A DNA stretch of 64,000 bases. Source: the human T2T-CHM13v2.0 reference genome, Homo sapiens. Below are positions 1 through 13,145 of the stretch, piece by piece (the stretch's first letter is position 1; the number at the start of each line of letters is the position of its first letter). The DNA lies in the NCBI RefSeq assembly GCF_009914755.1, contig NC_060939.1. One strand, given 5' to 3'. Under the pieces are notes generated by a model. The model did no database searches and was not told the DNA's origin. It worked only from the letters and a program-made list of their open reading frames with translations. The translations under genes were made by a program, and so were the position numbers.

Positions 1-1311
1 CCAAGGAGAGCTCATGCCCAAATCATGTCTGGCCGGGGAAGAGAATAAAATTTTAACATGCATTCCCAGGGGCCAAAAGCTGATCTCTCCTCCTACCACT
101 GGGTAAGATGATAAAGGTATGGAACAGCAGGTGAATGTGTATTTGTTCTCCAGGGGAAAGCGAGTCAAAAAGGAAGCAGAAACAGTCTACGAATGAAATT
201 TCTCATTTCCCTTAGGGTGAGCTCAGAACTGGGCACATTCCTCATTGAACACTCACCTCTCATCGGGGATCAACATGTTCAGATGTGCCATACCCAGGAT
301 GATTCATCGTGATCAAAGAAAACAATGTGATTGTGGTAAATCCCTTTATCAGTGTAGCTTATTATTACTACCAAGAACTTGAATTGATTCAAGCTACAGA
401 CTTGAATAAACCTCATGATTTAGTAAAATAAACCTCACTGATTTTCCGAAGTCTCCAGTGAATTAAACCAAAGCAAAGTTGTCCATTCAGATCCCTGCCC
501 CCACATAAATAAACTTGGTACACCATTTTGAATCTACCTTTTAACTTATTAAGGAAATCTAAAATCAGATCACTATATTTTCTAAAGGACATCCAAACAA
601 AATTAACTTAAATTACTACAAAGATGTAGTAAATATATTGGTAGTCTCAGTGTGGTGCTGGTAAATGTTTAATACCTGGCTCACTGGGGAAAAAAGTATA
701 TATTACACATATATACATATATATGTATATATAATTTTATATGCCATATATGGTATATATACTAATATATATTAGCATTTATATATAAGATATGAATTTA
801 ACTGATACAAAGGACATGCAACATATAATTTATGAATAATAAAGTGTACAATACTTTTTATTATAAATTCCATAAAGCCAATTGACTCTACAGAATGCTT
901 TTGTTGATTTTTTTCTGAACGCTTGTATCCATAACCATTCTGTGGCAGTAAACAAATGAGTGTGGTTCTGATCTGAATGTTGGTCAATATTTTTATTTAT
1001 GTTATTAAATACTATGAAAGTTAAATAAGGAAGACTTATGTCAAACCTTCACTCATTTGTCAATAATGTGAGCCATTGCTGGTTCAGATAATGACTTTTG
1101 AAAACTGGAAGAATAATTTTTGTGCCATTCACAATTTAATGGCTACAGGCACAATATACTTACATATTTTAATCTGCATTAGTAACATTTTCTCTATCAA
1201 TACCTTAAATCTAGACAATCAGCAAAACAATAAAGCAGGCCATGATTTGTATTATCTGACCATTTCCATGGTGTAAATATTTGCACTATAACTTTTTCAA
1301 AAGGCCAATGT

Positions 1312-1434
1312 AGACAGGAGAATTGCTTGAATCTGGGAGGCGAAGGTTGCGGTGAGCTGAGATCGCACCACTGCACTTCAGCCTTCCAATAGAGCGAGAC
1401 TCCATCTCAAAAAAAAAAAAAAAAAAAAAAAAAA
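1312..1434 (+). mobile_element. 5'-truncated Alu (3' part of right monomer, AluS-type)
   Basis: AGACAGGAGAATTGCTTGAA...GAGCGAGACTCCATCTC plus poly(A). 13-bp TSD AAAAGGCCAATGT on both sides. Confidence 0.95.
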
Positions 1435-1639
1435 GGCCAATGTGATGTCACTGAACACAGAGTTGGAAGAGATGTGCAATAGCTGACTATTCTATAGTAT
1501 TTTCCAACACATATACACAACCATAAATAGCATCAAGAGCATAGATAATAGTATGTGTAAAAATCATTAGAAAGTGATGACTTTTGAGTGTTATCTTTAG
1601 CATACTTTATTGTAAGTATTTAATACAATTTAAATTTTC

Positions 1640-1848
1640 TTTTTTTTTTGTATTTTTGAGACAGGGTCTCAGCTCTGTCACCCTGGCTGGAGTGCAGTGG
1701 CGCATACTTGGCCAATTTGCAAATTTTCATGGAGATGAAGTCTCACTATATTGCCCAGGCTGGTTTCAAACTCCTTAGGCTCAAGCAATCTGTCCACCTC
1801 GGCCTTCCAAAGTGCTGGGATTACAGGTGTGGGCCACTGCGCCTAGCC
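1640..1848 (-). mobile_element. AluJ with ~100-bp internal deletion in right monomer
   Basis: Poly(T), GAGACAGGGTCTC...GCAGTGGCGC joined directly to the linker and left monomer, ending ...CCACTGCGCCTAGCC. Degenerate TSD AATTTAA(A/G)TTT. Confidence 0.9.
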
Positions 1849-2054
1849 TAATTTAAGTTTTGATGATGACTATGTTTATCTACCAGCATTAAAAATTTCT
1901 GAATTTAACAACAGGCACTTACAAGCCTGCACAAGAACTTCCAGAACACTGGCTGTTTACACAACCTTTGTTCCCCCTTCTTCCTTTTTTTTTTTTTTAA
2001 TGCTTGAAGATCTCACCTGCTTCATCATCACCATTGATGACTTGGAAGATGACC

Positions 2055-2285
2055 TAACCCCCAGTTCTGCAGCCCACCATGGTAATTCCAGTTCCCTTGT
2101 ATGATTTGAGAAAGGCCATTTAACTCAATTCTGGCTAATAAGGTGTGAGGTAAAGTCCATTGGAGGAGTTACAAAAGAAGTTTCCTCATTTCTAGAAAAG
2201 AGGCACAGAAAGAGGTGGCCCCTTTCCTTTCTCCAGATATTGTCATGACTTGGTGGGATCAAGGAATGGCTATAGCCTACCAGTT
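2055..2285 (+). mobile_element. Old ERVL LTR fragment (LTR16/LTR33-like)
   Basis: GGTAATTCCAGTTCCCTTG...ACTCAATTCTGGCTAATAAG...AAGAGGCACAG motif order typical of these LTRs. Highly diverged. Confidence 0.45.
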
Positions 2286-2531
2286 TGCGGGTAGCTCAAG
2301 TCCTGTTTGGGAGATGAGGCTAACTCACAGGAAACGAAGACAAATACAATATAGGTTATACATGTCTGTTTTTCTACTGAGTAGTAACGTAGTCTCTGAA
2401 TTTAACAGGATTTCAGATGAAAGTTTGATCAGCAAGGCCAGAGTCACCAGAGAAGGCTCATGGAAGGAGTGTGATTTGGTTCAGGTCATAAAGAATGAGT
2501 GAGGTTTGAGAAAAAAGGGAATAACAATTCA

Positions 2532-2882
<351 letters not shown>

Positions 2883-2889
2883 CTACAAT

Positions 2890-3125
2890 ATGCTGAAAAG
2901 CTTGGTCTTTGGAGACAGATCTGAGTTAGAATTCCTGGACTACCACCAATTTTGTTACCCAGAGCAGTTTATTCAACTTAGCAAAGCTCAGTTTCCTCAC
3001 CTGGAAATGAGAAATAATATTAGTACTTACACCATAGCGTCGTTTTAAAGAATGAACAAGGTAATGCAGGTAAAGTGCTAAGAACAGTGGCTGGCATACA
3101 ATAAATATTCATTAAGTGATAATCT
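2890..3125 (+). mobile_element. MIR SINE
   Basis: Core CTCAGTTTCCTCACCTGGAAATGAGAAATAATA and 3' GTAAAGTGCTAAGAACAGTGGCTGGCATAC. Confidence 0.85.
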
Positions 3126-3316
3126 TTATCATTTGTTTTGAAACTCATGTTATTATAAGTTTTACTCCTCATAAGCTATTACTAGGAGTTCAATGTATTG
3201 ATGGGACAGTAAAGAGGACAACTGAATTAGATGGGGAGAAGTATGCTGTGGAATAGTAGGAAATAATATGGAGAAGTAGGATGGGGCCAGATTATAGCTA
3301 GCTTTAGCATCTCTAG

Positions 3317-3360
3317 TGTTGTTGTTGTTGTTTGTTGTTGTTGTTGTTGTTGTTGTTGTT
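3317..3360. repeat. (GTT)n microsatellite
   Basis: Seen directly. Confidence 0.95.
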
Positions 3361-3734
3361 TTCCAAGATTTGGGTCCCTAAGTGAAAAGCCAGTTAGTGA
3401 AAGTGAAATATGACACGATCACCCTGCCCAACAGCAGTGCTAAAAGGATTCTATTGCACTGCCATGACTGTCCATATGGAACTGCCTGCAGATGCCCTTT
3501 TGGAGGTTGTATAATGGATTTTTAAAAGAATGCTGCCAAGGAAACTTATTGAAATTTTCTTTTTGTATATACAGATCAATTCTATAGGTAGAACCTTGAC
3601 ATTGAGAGCTGAGATTTCACATATGTTATTCTAAGTCTGTGTCCCAGCCTCTGTGGTCAGATGAATATAAGACATATAGAGCAGAGCAATGAAATGTTTC
3701 TGATTAACAAGAATACATCATAGAGATATGTAAG

Positions 3735-4430
3735 TATTTCCAGTACACATCGTGAATATGTCTACTTCTCTCCTCTCCATCTGGTGCTACCACCTTACTC
3801 CAAGCCACATCATCTCTCACCTGGACTGGTTTTCCAGCTTCTATTCTTCCCCCACTAAAACTCATTTTCCATTTTCCAGTGTATTTTCAGAATTTTAACA
3901 AGGTCACGCTTTTCCCCTCATCTAAAACTTTCTAATGACTTCTTATCATGCTTGAAATGAAACTCAAACTTCTTACCCTGGCTTATAAAACCCTTCCTGC
4001 TCTTGCCCTTGCCTTTCTTTCCATCCAATTTTGGGAATGATTACAACATAGTTGCAGTCATACTTCCAGTCACTTTATTTACTATACTTCAGTGATGCTG
4101 GCCATTTTTCTTGTCAAGCTTATTTTCACCTTAGGGCCTTTGTACTGATTATTCCCTTGCCTGACATGCTTTTCCCCAAATCTTTACATGATTGACTCTT
4201 TGTTGTTCAAGTCCCCACTTAAATGTTGGCTGTTTTATTTGATTATATTTTTCTCTAATTTTTCCAACCACTATCCCTACCCTCTATTAAAACATAAGCT
4301 CTGTGAGAGAAATAATCTCATATATCTTGTTCCGTGACTGTCTCTGCATCTGGAACAGAGATTGGTACATGATATATTCTTAGAATAAAATTGTTGATCA
4401 ATTGGATGAACGAGTGGATGGATAAATGGT
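3735..4430 (+). mobile_element. L2 LINE 3' portion
   Basis: CCAAGCCACATCATCTCTCACCTGGACT, TTCCCTTGCCTGACATGCT, TAAGCTCTGTGAG and a terminal GAATG-like tail typical of L2a. Confidence 0.8.
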
Positions 4431-4468
4431 TCAGTCCAGGTAGATACAACTTGTCTTCCAAGGATTCT

Positions 4469-4488
4469 CACACACATACATACACACA

Positions 4489-4522
<34 letters not shown>
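4469..4522. repeat. Interrupted (CA)n microsatellite
   Basis: Seen directly. Confidence 0.95.
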
Positions 4523-4524
<2 letters not shown>

Positions 4525-5236
4525 GTCTCTTATTTTTAAAAATTTTAAAATTTTTCTCCCTCCCTGCCACCACCCTCTTTCTTCCTTCCTGTCTCCTTTA
4601 TTTCCCTAATAAGTCTGAGTAGAGGTTTATCTATTCTGATATCTCAAAGAATCACTTTTGGTTTTATTAAATTTTGCTATTAATTTTTTGGTTATTTTAT
4701 ATTCCATTAATTTCTACTTTAATTTTTTATTATATCTGTACTTCAATCTACTTCGGGTGTAATTTGCCCTCTATTTTCTATTTTCTTAAGGTGGAAACTG
4801 GGGGCATTGATTTAACACATTTCTTCTTTTCAGAGTTGTGTTTTCCCCTGAGTTTTATTTTTAGGGACATCCTACAAATTTTTATATGCTGTGTTTTCAT
4901 TTTCACCCAATTAAAAATACTTTTGAATTTCCCTTTTGATGTCTTCTTTAACCCGTGAGTTACTCAGAACTACATATTTATTTCTCGAATATTTGGGGAT
5001 TTTCCAGAGATCTTTCTGATACTAATTTCTTTGTGTTCACAACATACTTCGTATGGTTTGAGCCATTTTAAATTTATTAAGACTTGCTTTATATCTCAGA
5101 ATATGCACTATTATTAGGTGGTTGGCATATTCTATTAATATCAATTAGGTAAAGATGTTAATAGTGTTGTTTAAAATTTCTATATCTTTACTGATTTTCT
5201 GTCTACTTATTCTATCAGTAATTGAGAGAGGGCTAT

Positions 5237-5966
<730 letters not shown>

Positions 5967-6722
5967 AACATAATTGTGAATTTATCTATTCCTCCTTGAA
6001 ATTTTATCAAATTTTTTGTTTCCTGTCTTTTGAAGCATTATTATTAACGTACATAAACATTTAGGACTGTGATGTCCTCTTGATTAAGTGATTCTTTTAA
6101 AATTATAAAATAATCTTGTCTCTGAAATCTGAATCTGAAATCTACTCTGTTTGATATTAATATGACCCTTCCAGATTTTTTTTAATAGAGAGAAGCATAG
6201 TATATTTTTCCCCTGTCTTTTACTTTTAGCTTATTTGTGTGTTTTTATTTAATCTAAGTTTCTTATAGGGAGCAAGTTAGATCTTGCTTCTTTTATTCAA
6301 TTTGACAGTCTCTGCCTCTTAATTCGGGTGCTTAGATCATTTATATTTAATGTGATTATTCATATGATTAGATTTAAATCTCCTACCTTGCTATTTTTTA
6401 TTTGTCCTGTCTGTAATTTATTTCCTGTTTTCCTTTTTATTTGCTTTAGTTTGGAGTAGTTGAGTAGTTTTATGGCACCATTTATATCTTTGGTTGACTT
6501 AATAGCTACAATGTTTTGTTTGTTTTAGAGGTTGCTTTAGATTTTATAGTATGCATCTTATCATAGCCTACCTTCATGTGGTATTATATGAAGTATAAGA
6601 CCCTTTCAAGTATATACTTTTTTTCTTCCAGGCCCTGGTGCAATTTTATCATAGATTTTTCTTCTTTATATTTTTTAAACTCCATACTACATAGTTATTA
6701 TTGTGTTTAAACATTTAATTAT

Positions 6723-7109
6723 TGTTATAAACTGAATTGTGTACCTCCTTCCCCATAAAAAATGTATTTGCTGAAGCCCTAATCCCGAGTACCTCAGAAT
6801 GTATCTAGAGAAAGAGTCTTTAAAGAAGTGATTAAAATAAAACAAGACCATTAAAGTGGGTCCTAATCCAGTTGGACTGATGTCCTTATATGAAGAAAAA
6901 ATTTGGATACAGAGACACTAGGGATGCGTACATACACAGGAAACAGCAAGAAGGTGGCTGTCTGTAAGCAGAGAGGCCTCCAAAGAAACTAAACCTGCTG
7001 ACACCTTCATCTTGGACTTCTATCCTCTAGAATTGTGAGAAAATAAATTGCTGTTGTTTAAGCCACCCAGACTGTGGTATTTTGTTGGCAGCCCTAGCAA
7101 ACCAGTATG
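6723..7109 (+). mobile_element. MLT1A/B MaLR solo LTR
   Basis: TGTTATAAACTGAATTGTGT start, CCTGCTGACACCTTCATCTTGGACTTC, AATAAA, GCAGCCCTAGCAAAC end. 5-bp TSD ATTAT (6718-6722 / 7110-7114). Confidence 0.9.
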
Positions 7110-7249
7110 ATTATCTTTTTAAAGATTTAAATGATAAGAAACAAATCTTACGTATTTACATATGTAGTTAGTTATCTTTTCCAGTGCTGTTCATTTCTTT
7201 GTGTATTTTCATATTTCCATTAGGTAGCATTTTTCTTCTACTTGATGGA

Positions 7250-7613
7250 TGATATGGTTTGGCTGTGTCTCCACCCAAATCTCATCTTGGATTGTAGCTC
7301 CCATAAACCCCACATGTCATGGGAGGGACCTGGTAGGAGGTAATTGAATCATGGGAATGGGTTTTACCTGTGTTGGTCTCATGATAGTGAATAAGTCTCA
7401 CAAGGTCTGATGGTTTTATAAAGGTCAGTTCCCCTGCACAGGCTCTCTTGCCTGCTGCCATGTAAGACACGCCTCTGCTCCTCCCTTGCCTTCTGCCATG
7501 ATTGTGAGGCCTCCCCAGCCATGTGGAACTGTGAGTCTATTAAACTTCTTTCCTTTATGAATTACCCAGTCTCGGGTATGTCTTTATTAGCAGCGTGAGA
7601 ACAGACTAATACA
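7250..7613 (+). mobile_element. THE1B MaLR solo LTR
   Basis: TGATATGGTTTGGCTGTGTC...GTGAGAACAGACTAATACA. TSD (A/G)TGGA. Confidence 0.92.
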
Positions 7614-7861
7614 GTGGACTTTCATTACATTTCTTATAGACAGGTCTGCTGGTAATAATTATCTTCAGCTTTTATGTGTCTTAAAAGACCTTTATTTTAC
7701 TTTCATTTTCAAAGAATATTTTCACTGGGTGTAGAAGTCTAGGTTGAGAGCTTTCTACTTTCATTTCTTAAATGATGTTGCTCCACTGTTTTCTCACTTG
7801 TGTTGTTATTGAAAAGAAATCAGTTGTCATTCCTACCTTTGTTACTCTGCATGAAATTTGC

Positions 7862-7923
<62 letters not shown>

Positions 7924-7966
7924 CTTTCTTTCTTTTCTTTCTCTCTCTGTCTCTCTTTCTTTCTTT
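7862..7966. repeat. (TTTC)n / CT-rich microsatellite
   Basis: Seen directly. Confidence 0.95.
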
Positions 7967-8077
7967 CATTACAGGATAGGGAATGCCCAAGCATGAAGGC
8001 AGAGAGAAGTGGTGGGGAGAGGGGATTTGCAAGAGAAGATAATGGGGAAAGATCTCTCTGGGGATCAGGGGAAAAGA

Positions 8078-8300
8078 ATGGTTAAGAGCATGGACAGCCT
8101 GGATTTGAATACCAGTTCTGCACTTACCAACTGAGTTATCTAAGGCAAAGTAAGTATCCTCTCTGGACCTTGGTTTCCGTTTGTATAAAATGGGGATAAT
8201 ATTTTCTACTCCAGAGACTTGGCATCTGAGCTGAATGAAATGATTAATATTTGTAAAGTGCTGTGACATAGAAAAAGGTATGTGTAAAATTAAGTAAACC
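8078..8300 (+). mobile_element. MIR SINE
   Basis: TGGTTAAGAGCATGG, CCTTGGTTTCCGTTTGTATAAAATGGGGATAATA, TGTAAAGTGCT. Confidence 0.85.
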
Positions 8301-9003
8301 ATTAGAACACTAAGTGACTCATAATAGATACAAACCCTTTTCAATTTAAGCAGAATTGGATTTTGTTAAGAGGATATTGGCTAGCTCATAAAATGTCTAG
8401 GAGGAAGAGATGGGCAGACCACAGAGCTGGTGCCATGAAGACACCACAGGCACAAATGGCACAGATACCATAGATGCTGCATTTTGCTGATGCCATGATG
8501 TGGGACTCAGAATGTTGCCAATAGAAACTGGAGGTAGCTGCCTCCATTCTCCCCAGCAAGGATCCAGCAGCCTCCCTGCTTTCTTGGGTCACCAGCCTCT
8601 AATTTCGTGGCTGGGTTGGGTGGAGACTCATCTGAGGTGGAGGCTTATGTCTGGGGTGAAGTAGGTTAGGGCTTACTCATAGCTACAAGGGAGCTTCTAT
8701 AGTGGGAAGTAAGCTCCGCCTCACAAGTTTAGGGATTTCCCACTTTGAGCAATGAGACTTAAACACTGGGAAGTTTAAAAGAATGCTAAATGGGCAGAAG
8801 CCACCAAGGAAGAAGAATTAAAGAATATTAAATGAAAGAACCAGCAAACCCATATACAAAGTATAGGCTATTTATAAATACTTATGGATCAGATCTGGGT
8901 GAGAAGTTGTTATAAGGGATTACAAAATGGATTGAAAAGGAAATAATCTAGAATTCCTTTAAGGAGGTCAGAAATAGTGCAGTAGAAATATTGTGTTTTC
9001 AAA

Positions 9004-9626
9004 TGTAGGAACAGGAAATTATGATACTATTCCTAACCCATCATAAGGGTCATGGCCAATATTCTTATAAAAAAATACAGGTTAACTAGAGAAAATCATA
9101 ATACATTTATTTAACCAAAGTTTTACACGACATAGGAGCCTTGAGAAATGAAGACCCAAAAGCCAGGAAGAACTTTCTGTTTTTATGCTTGGGTTTGATG
9201 AAGAATGGACAGCTGTATAAAAATGTGATTGGACAGAAAGGGTATAATCCGAGAGCAACAGACTGAGGGGGAAAGCAAGCAAGACCTGTCTGTTCAGCTT
9301 CTTCTTGACCTCTCTGTGTAGCGTTTCTTCCTCCTAGGAAGGGGTCCCTCTGGAATGAGGGTCTTCAAGGGAGAAGGGAGAGAATGACCTTTCTAGGTTT
9401 TACGGGTGGCTTTGAGAAAGAGGAGTTCTAGTTTCTATGACCCACCTTGGGGAAGGGGAAGTGTGGCTTCTATGACTCACTTTGGGGAAGAAAGAGAAGC
9501 AGGAGACAGGAGGATGGGAGAAGATGGGAAAGACCTAGGTTCTGAGGCCTTTCCAATTTTCTTCAGTTCAAAGTACTCAGCACACCAAAGCGCCATGCTT
9601 TGGAGTATCATATTCTGAGCCCAACA
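9004..9626 (-). mobile_element. MER39-family (ERV1) solo LTR
   Basis: Minus strand starts TGTTGGGCTCAGAATATGATACTCCAAAGCATGGCGCTTTGGTGTGCTGAGTACTTTGAAC. TG...CA termini with exact 4-bp TSD CAAA. Confidence 0.85.
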
Positions 9627-11239
9627 CAAACATAGGTTTTCCATTGTTAATTTTTCTCTACTTTCTCAGGGTCTTCATTCCTACATTCTTACAGCCCAGG
9701 CGCTTCATCCACTGGAACTCTCCTCCATTACTCCCACCCTAAGCATTATTCTACACCCCATTTTTGCTCTCAATCAACTATTGATTCATTTTCCTGCAAA
9801 GGTGTTCACCAATAATTGAGGTGGCCACTGATAAACCATCAATGTGTGGAATCTCCGAGGGAATATTTACATTTCAGGAGAAAAACAAAGCGTTTAAGCT
9901 CTGAAGGAATACAAAATGTAGGAATAGCATTTTGTGGCACAGAGTTCTCCCTGGCTCTCTGAAAAATGGCTCTAGCTAAGACATCTGCCTATATTGCCAA
10001 TTCAGCTCTCTAAGTCTCCTTCCTTGTGGCTGGCTGGTTGCAAATGAGGCATACCCATCTATACACAGAAGACTTCTGAGGGTCATGCACTGAGCACATG
10101 CCCCTCTCAGGGTGCATGCACCGACCCCTACCTTTCTTTTCTTTTCAGCCCCTGTTTACACCATTGCCTTTTGCCCTATGAAGACACAGTCCTCCCTAAA
10201 GCCCAGTTCACCCCGTTCTTTCCTTTCTCAAAGGTTAAAAATAGCACTCTCTTCAATCACCTCAATAATTTAGAACCCATGAATAAGTCATTTGCCCAGG
10301 AGACTACACTGGGGCTTCTATTTTTGCCTATAATCTCTCACCAAGCAAAATGACCTCTCTCATGGAGCCAACAATGACACCCGTTGCTCTTCTGGCTTCC
10401 CACAGAAAGGCACAGGCAGAGCTTGCAAAGTAGTCTTTCCTCAAGTACAAGATGGTCTGATAGGTGTCAGTGACTTCAGAATGTGAGTAACTAAACATGA
10501 ACTTAGCCATGTATGCCTTGCTCAGAACTCCTGGAACTGCCCAGAGCATATTCCAAGAGGAACACATTCTATAAAATGGGGGAGGCAATTTCTGCCTATA
10601 CTGGCCCTCCTCTCCAGCCCTCCATCTTTGAACCTCAATAGAAGAGCAATATGAAAGCTGCTCAGGCCCTTAAGCCCATGCGATTGCTCCTGCATTCCAA
10701 CAACACCTCTCTTCAACTTACATTCCCTTGCCCCATCAACTATTTACTCTGAGCCAATCCTGTGGTCACTGAGAAACACTCCACCTCAGGTATTTGGGCC
10801 ACTAGTCAACAAAAATAAGTTTGACTTTCTTCCCTCCATATTTCCATACCTAGGGGCTGTCCTAGTTCCGCTTTTCTCAACTATCCATAGGATTCCCAGC
10901 CCAAGTGTTCTGCCGGCATCTCTAGCCTCAGCCTCCAAGGGATCCATTCTCACTTTTCATTGGCCCCATGCCCAAAGCCTTCCAGGCTGTTTGTGCAGCC
11001 CTGAACTATCTCAGTGGGAAGCTACATGAAACCGTGTCATATGACCTCATGCCCCATGAGTCACAAAATCATTAATTCATTCTCACTATCTCCCTCTGGA
11101 AAAATACTCTTCCTAAACCTTAGTCCCTGCCCCTGCCAAAAGGAAGATATATGTATTTCAGAAAATGAGAAACTGCTTCTTTTACAGCCTATTGTTTTCC
11201 TTTATAAAATAAATAATTTTTTGTCTCACATTTCCTGAA

Positions 11240-11410
11240 AAGTTACCATGTGGCAAGTACAGTGCTTAATGCTTTATTGAAGCATCTCACTTATTTTTCT
11301 CTCAAAATCCTCTAAGGTGATGTTATTTCCCTCATTCTATACAGGAGAAAACTGGGGCACAGCAGCTTGTTCACAGGGGCAGAGGCAGGATTTGAACCTA
11401 GGAAGTCTTT
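11240..11410 (-). mobile_element. MIR SINE
   Basis: CTCATTCTATACAGGAGAAAACTGGGGCACAG...GGCAGGATTTGAACCTAGG. Confidence 0.75.
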
Positions 11411-11596
11411 TTCCAGAAACTACTGATCACTAAGCTCTACAGGACATAAGATCGTACCCTCTTGTTGCCTTTAGTCCACAAAGAACCCTGTAAGTAAGTT
11501 CCCACTTTTTCCTTTGAGAAGACACAATGACTTCCATTTAGTCACATCTTTGGTGGGCATTCCTTACTTCCTATCTGTGCTCTCTTTCTGCCAGTT

Positions 11597-12730
11597 TAGG
11601 CAATACCATCATGGACATAGAAACGGGCAAAGATTTCATGACAAAGACACCAAAAGCAATTGCAACAAAAGCAAAAATTGATATGTGGGATCTAATTAAA
11701 CTAAAGAGCTTCTGCACAGCAAAAGAAACTATCAACAGAGTAAACAGACAACCTACAAAATGGGAGAAAAGATTTGCAAACTATGCATTTGACAAAGGTC
11801 TAATATCCAGCATCTGTAAGGAACTTAAACAAATTTACAAGAGAAAAACAAACAACCCCATTAAGATGTGGGCAAAGGACACAAAAAGACACTTTTCAAA
11901 AGAAGACATACCTGTGGCCAATAAGCATATAAAAAAGCCAAATATCATTGATCGTTAGAGAAATGCAAATCAAAACCACAATGAGATACCATCTCACACC
12001 AGTCAGAATGGCTATTACATAAAAAGTCAAAAAATAGCAGATGCTGGCAAGGTTGTGGAGAAAAGGGAGCACTTACACACTGTTGGTGGGAGTGTAATTA
12101 GTTCAACCATTGTGGAAAGCAGTGTGGCGATTCCTCAAAGAGCTAAAAACAGAAATACCATTAGACCCAGCAACCGCATTACTGGGTATATACCCAGACG
12201 AATGTAAATCATTCTACCATAAATACTCATGCACGCGAATGTTCATTGCAGCACTATTCACAATAATAAAGTTGTGGAATCAACCTAAACGCCCATCAAT
12301 GACGGATTGGATAAAGAAAATGTGGTACATATACACCATGGAATACTTTGCAGCTGTAAAAAAAGAACAAGAGCATGTCTTTTGTGGGAACATAGATGGA
12401 GCTGGAGGCTGTTATCCTTAGCAAACTAATGCAAGAAGAGGAAACCAAATACCACATGTTCTCACTTATAAGTGGGAGCTAAATGATAACTTACGGATAC
12501 GAAGAAGGAAACAACATCACCAAGGTATCAGGCCCAGTAGTTATCTACCCATAGGAGGAGGGAGAAGAGCAGAAAAAACTATTGGGTACTGGACTTAATA
12601 CTGGGTGGTGAAATAATAGGTACAACAAACCCCTATAACACGTTAACCTATGTAACAAATCTTCACATGTACCCCTAAACCTAAAATCAAAGTTAAAAAA
12701 GAAAAAAAAAGCACAAGAAAAAAAAAAAAA
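11597..12730 (+). mobile_element. 5'-truncated L1PA (older, ~PA13-16 type): ORF2 C-terminal remnant, 3'UTR and poly(A)
   Basis: Translated fragments ...[39 protein letters not shown] and ...WIKKMWYIYTMEY are L1 ORF2p, disrupted by frameshifts. No clear TSD found. Confidence 0.95.
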
Positions 12731-12834
12731 GAATTAGCAGGAGTGAATGCTCTTAACTGAGAGCTCCCTGGTCTAAAATTCTTAATTAATTGCTGTGGGC
12801 CTCACTGAGCCAGGGTACTTTCCATTGCCAATTC

Positions 12835-13145
12835 TTTTTTTTTTTTTTTTCTTTTTTTTTGAGACGGAGTCTTGCTGTGTCGCCGAGGCTGGAGTGCAGT
12901 TGTGCGATCTCTGCTCACTGCAAGCTCTGCCTCCTGGGTTCATTCCATTCTCCTGCCTCAGCCTCCCGAGTAGAGTAGCTGGGACTACAGGCACCCGCCA
13001 CCACACCCGGCTAATTTTTTGTATTTTTAGTAGAGACGGGGTTTCACCGTGTTAGCCAGGATGGTCTTGATCTCCTGACTTCGTGATCCACCGGCCTCGG
13101 CCTCCCAAAGTGCTGGGATTACAGGCGTGAGCCACCATGCCCCCC
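12835..13145 (-). mobile_element. AluY
   Basis: GCAAGCTC, CCATTCTCC and GTGTTAGCCAGGATGG diagnostics. TSD TCCATTGCCAAT(T/C)C. Private 5-bp duplication GAGTA. Confidence 0.95.

Larger units (their letters stand above)
648..1951 (-). mobile_element. MER63-family (hAT-Blackjack) non-autonomous DNA transposon, ~950 bp net, interrupted by two Alu copies
   Basis: Left end CAGTGTGGTGCTGGTAAATGTTTAATACCTGGCTC and right end AAAATTTCTGAATTTAACAAC...TTCCAGAACACTG match my recollection of both MER63 termini. CAGTG/CACTG terminal inverted repeat. Confidence 0.7.

Noticed and set aside
7820-8344. Longest ORF (174 aa, minus strand)
   Set aside because: Runs through a MIR and the (GAAA)n microsatellite. 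The KERK repeats are a low-complexity artefact.
8390-8730. Possible very old MaLR/ERVL LTR remnant
   Set aside because: Too diverged to assign or bound by eye.
11611-12421. ORFs of 115 and 103 aa with real protein similarity
   Set aside because: Frameshifted C-terminal remnants of L1 ORF2p in a 5'-truncated element, not a host gene.
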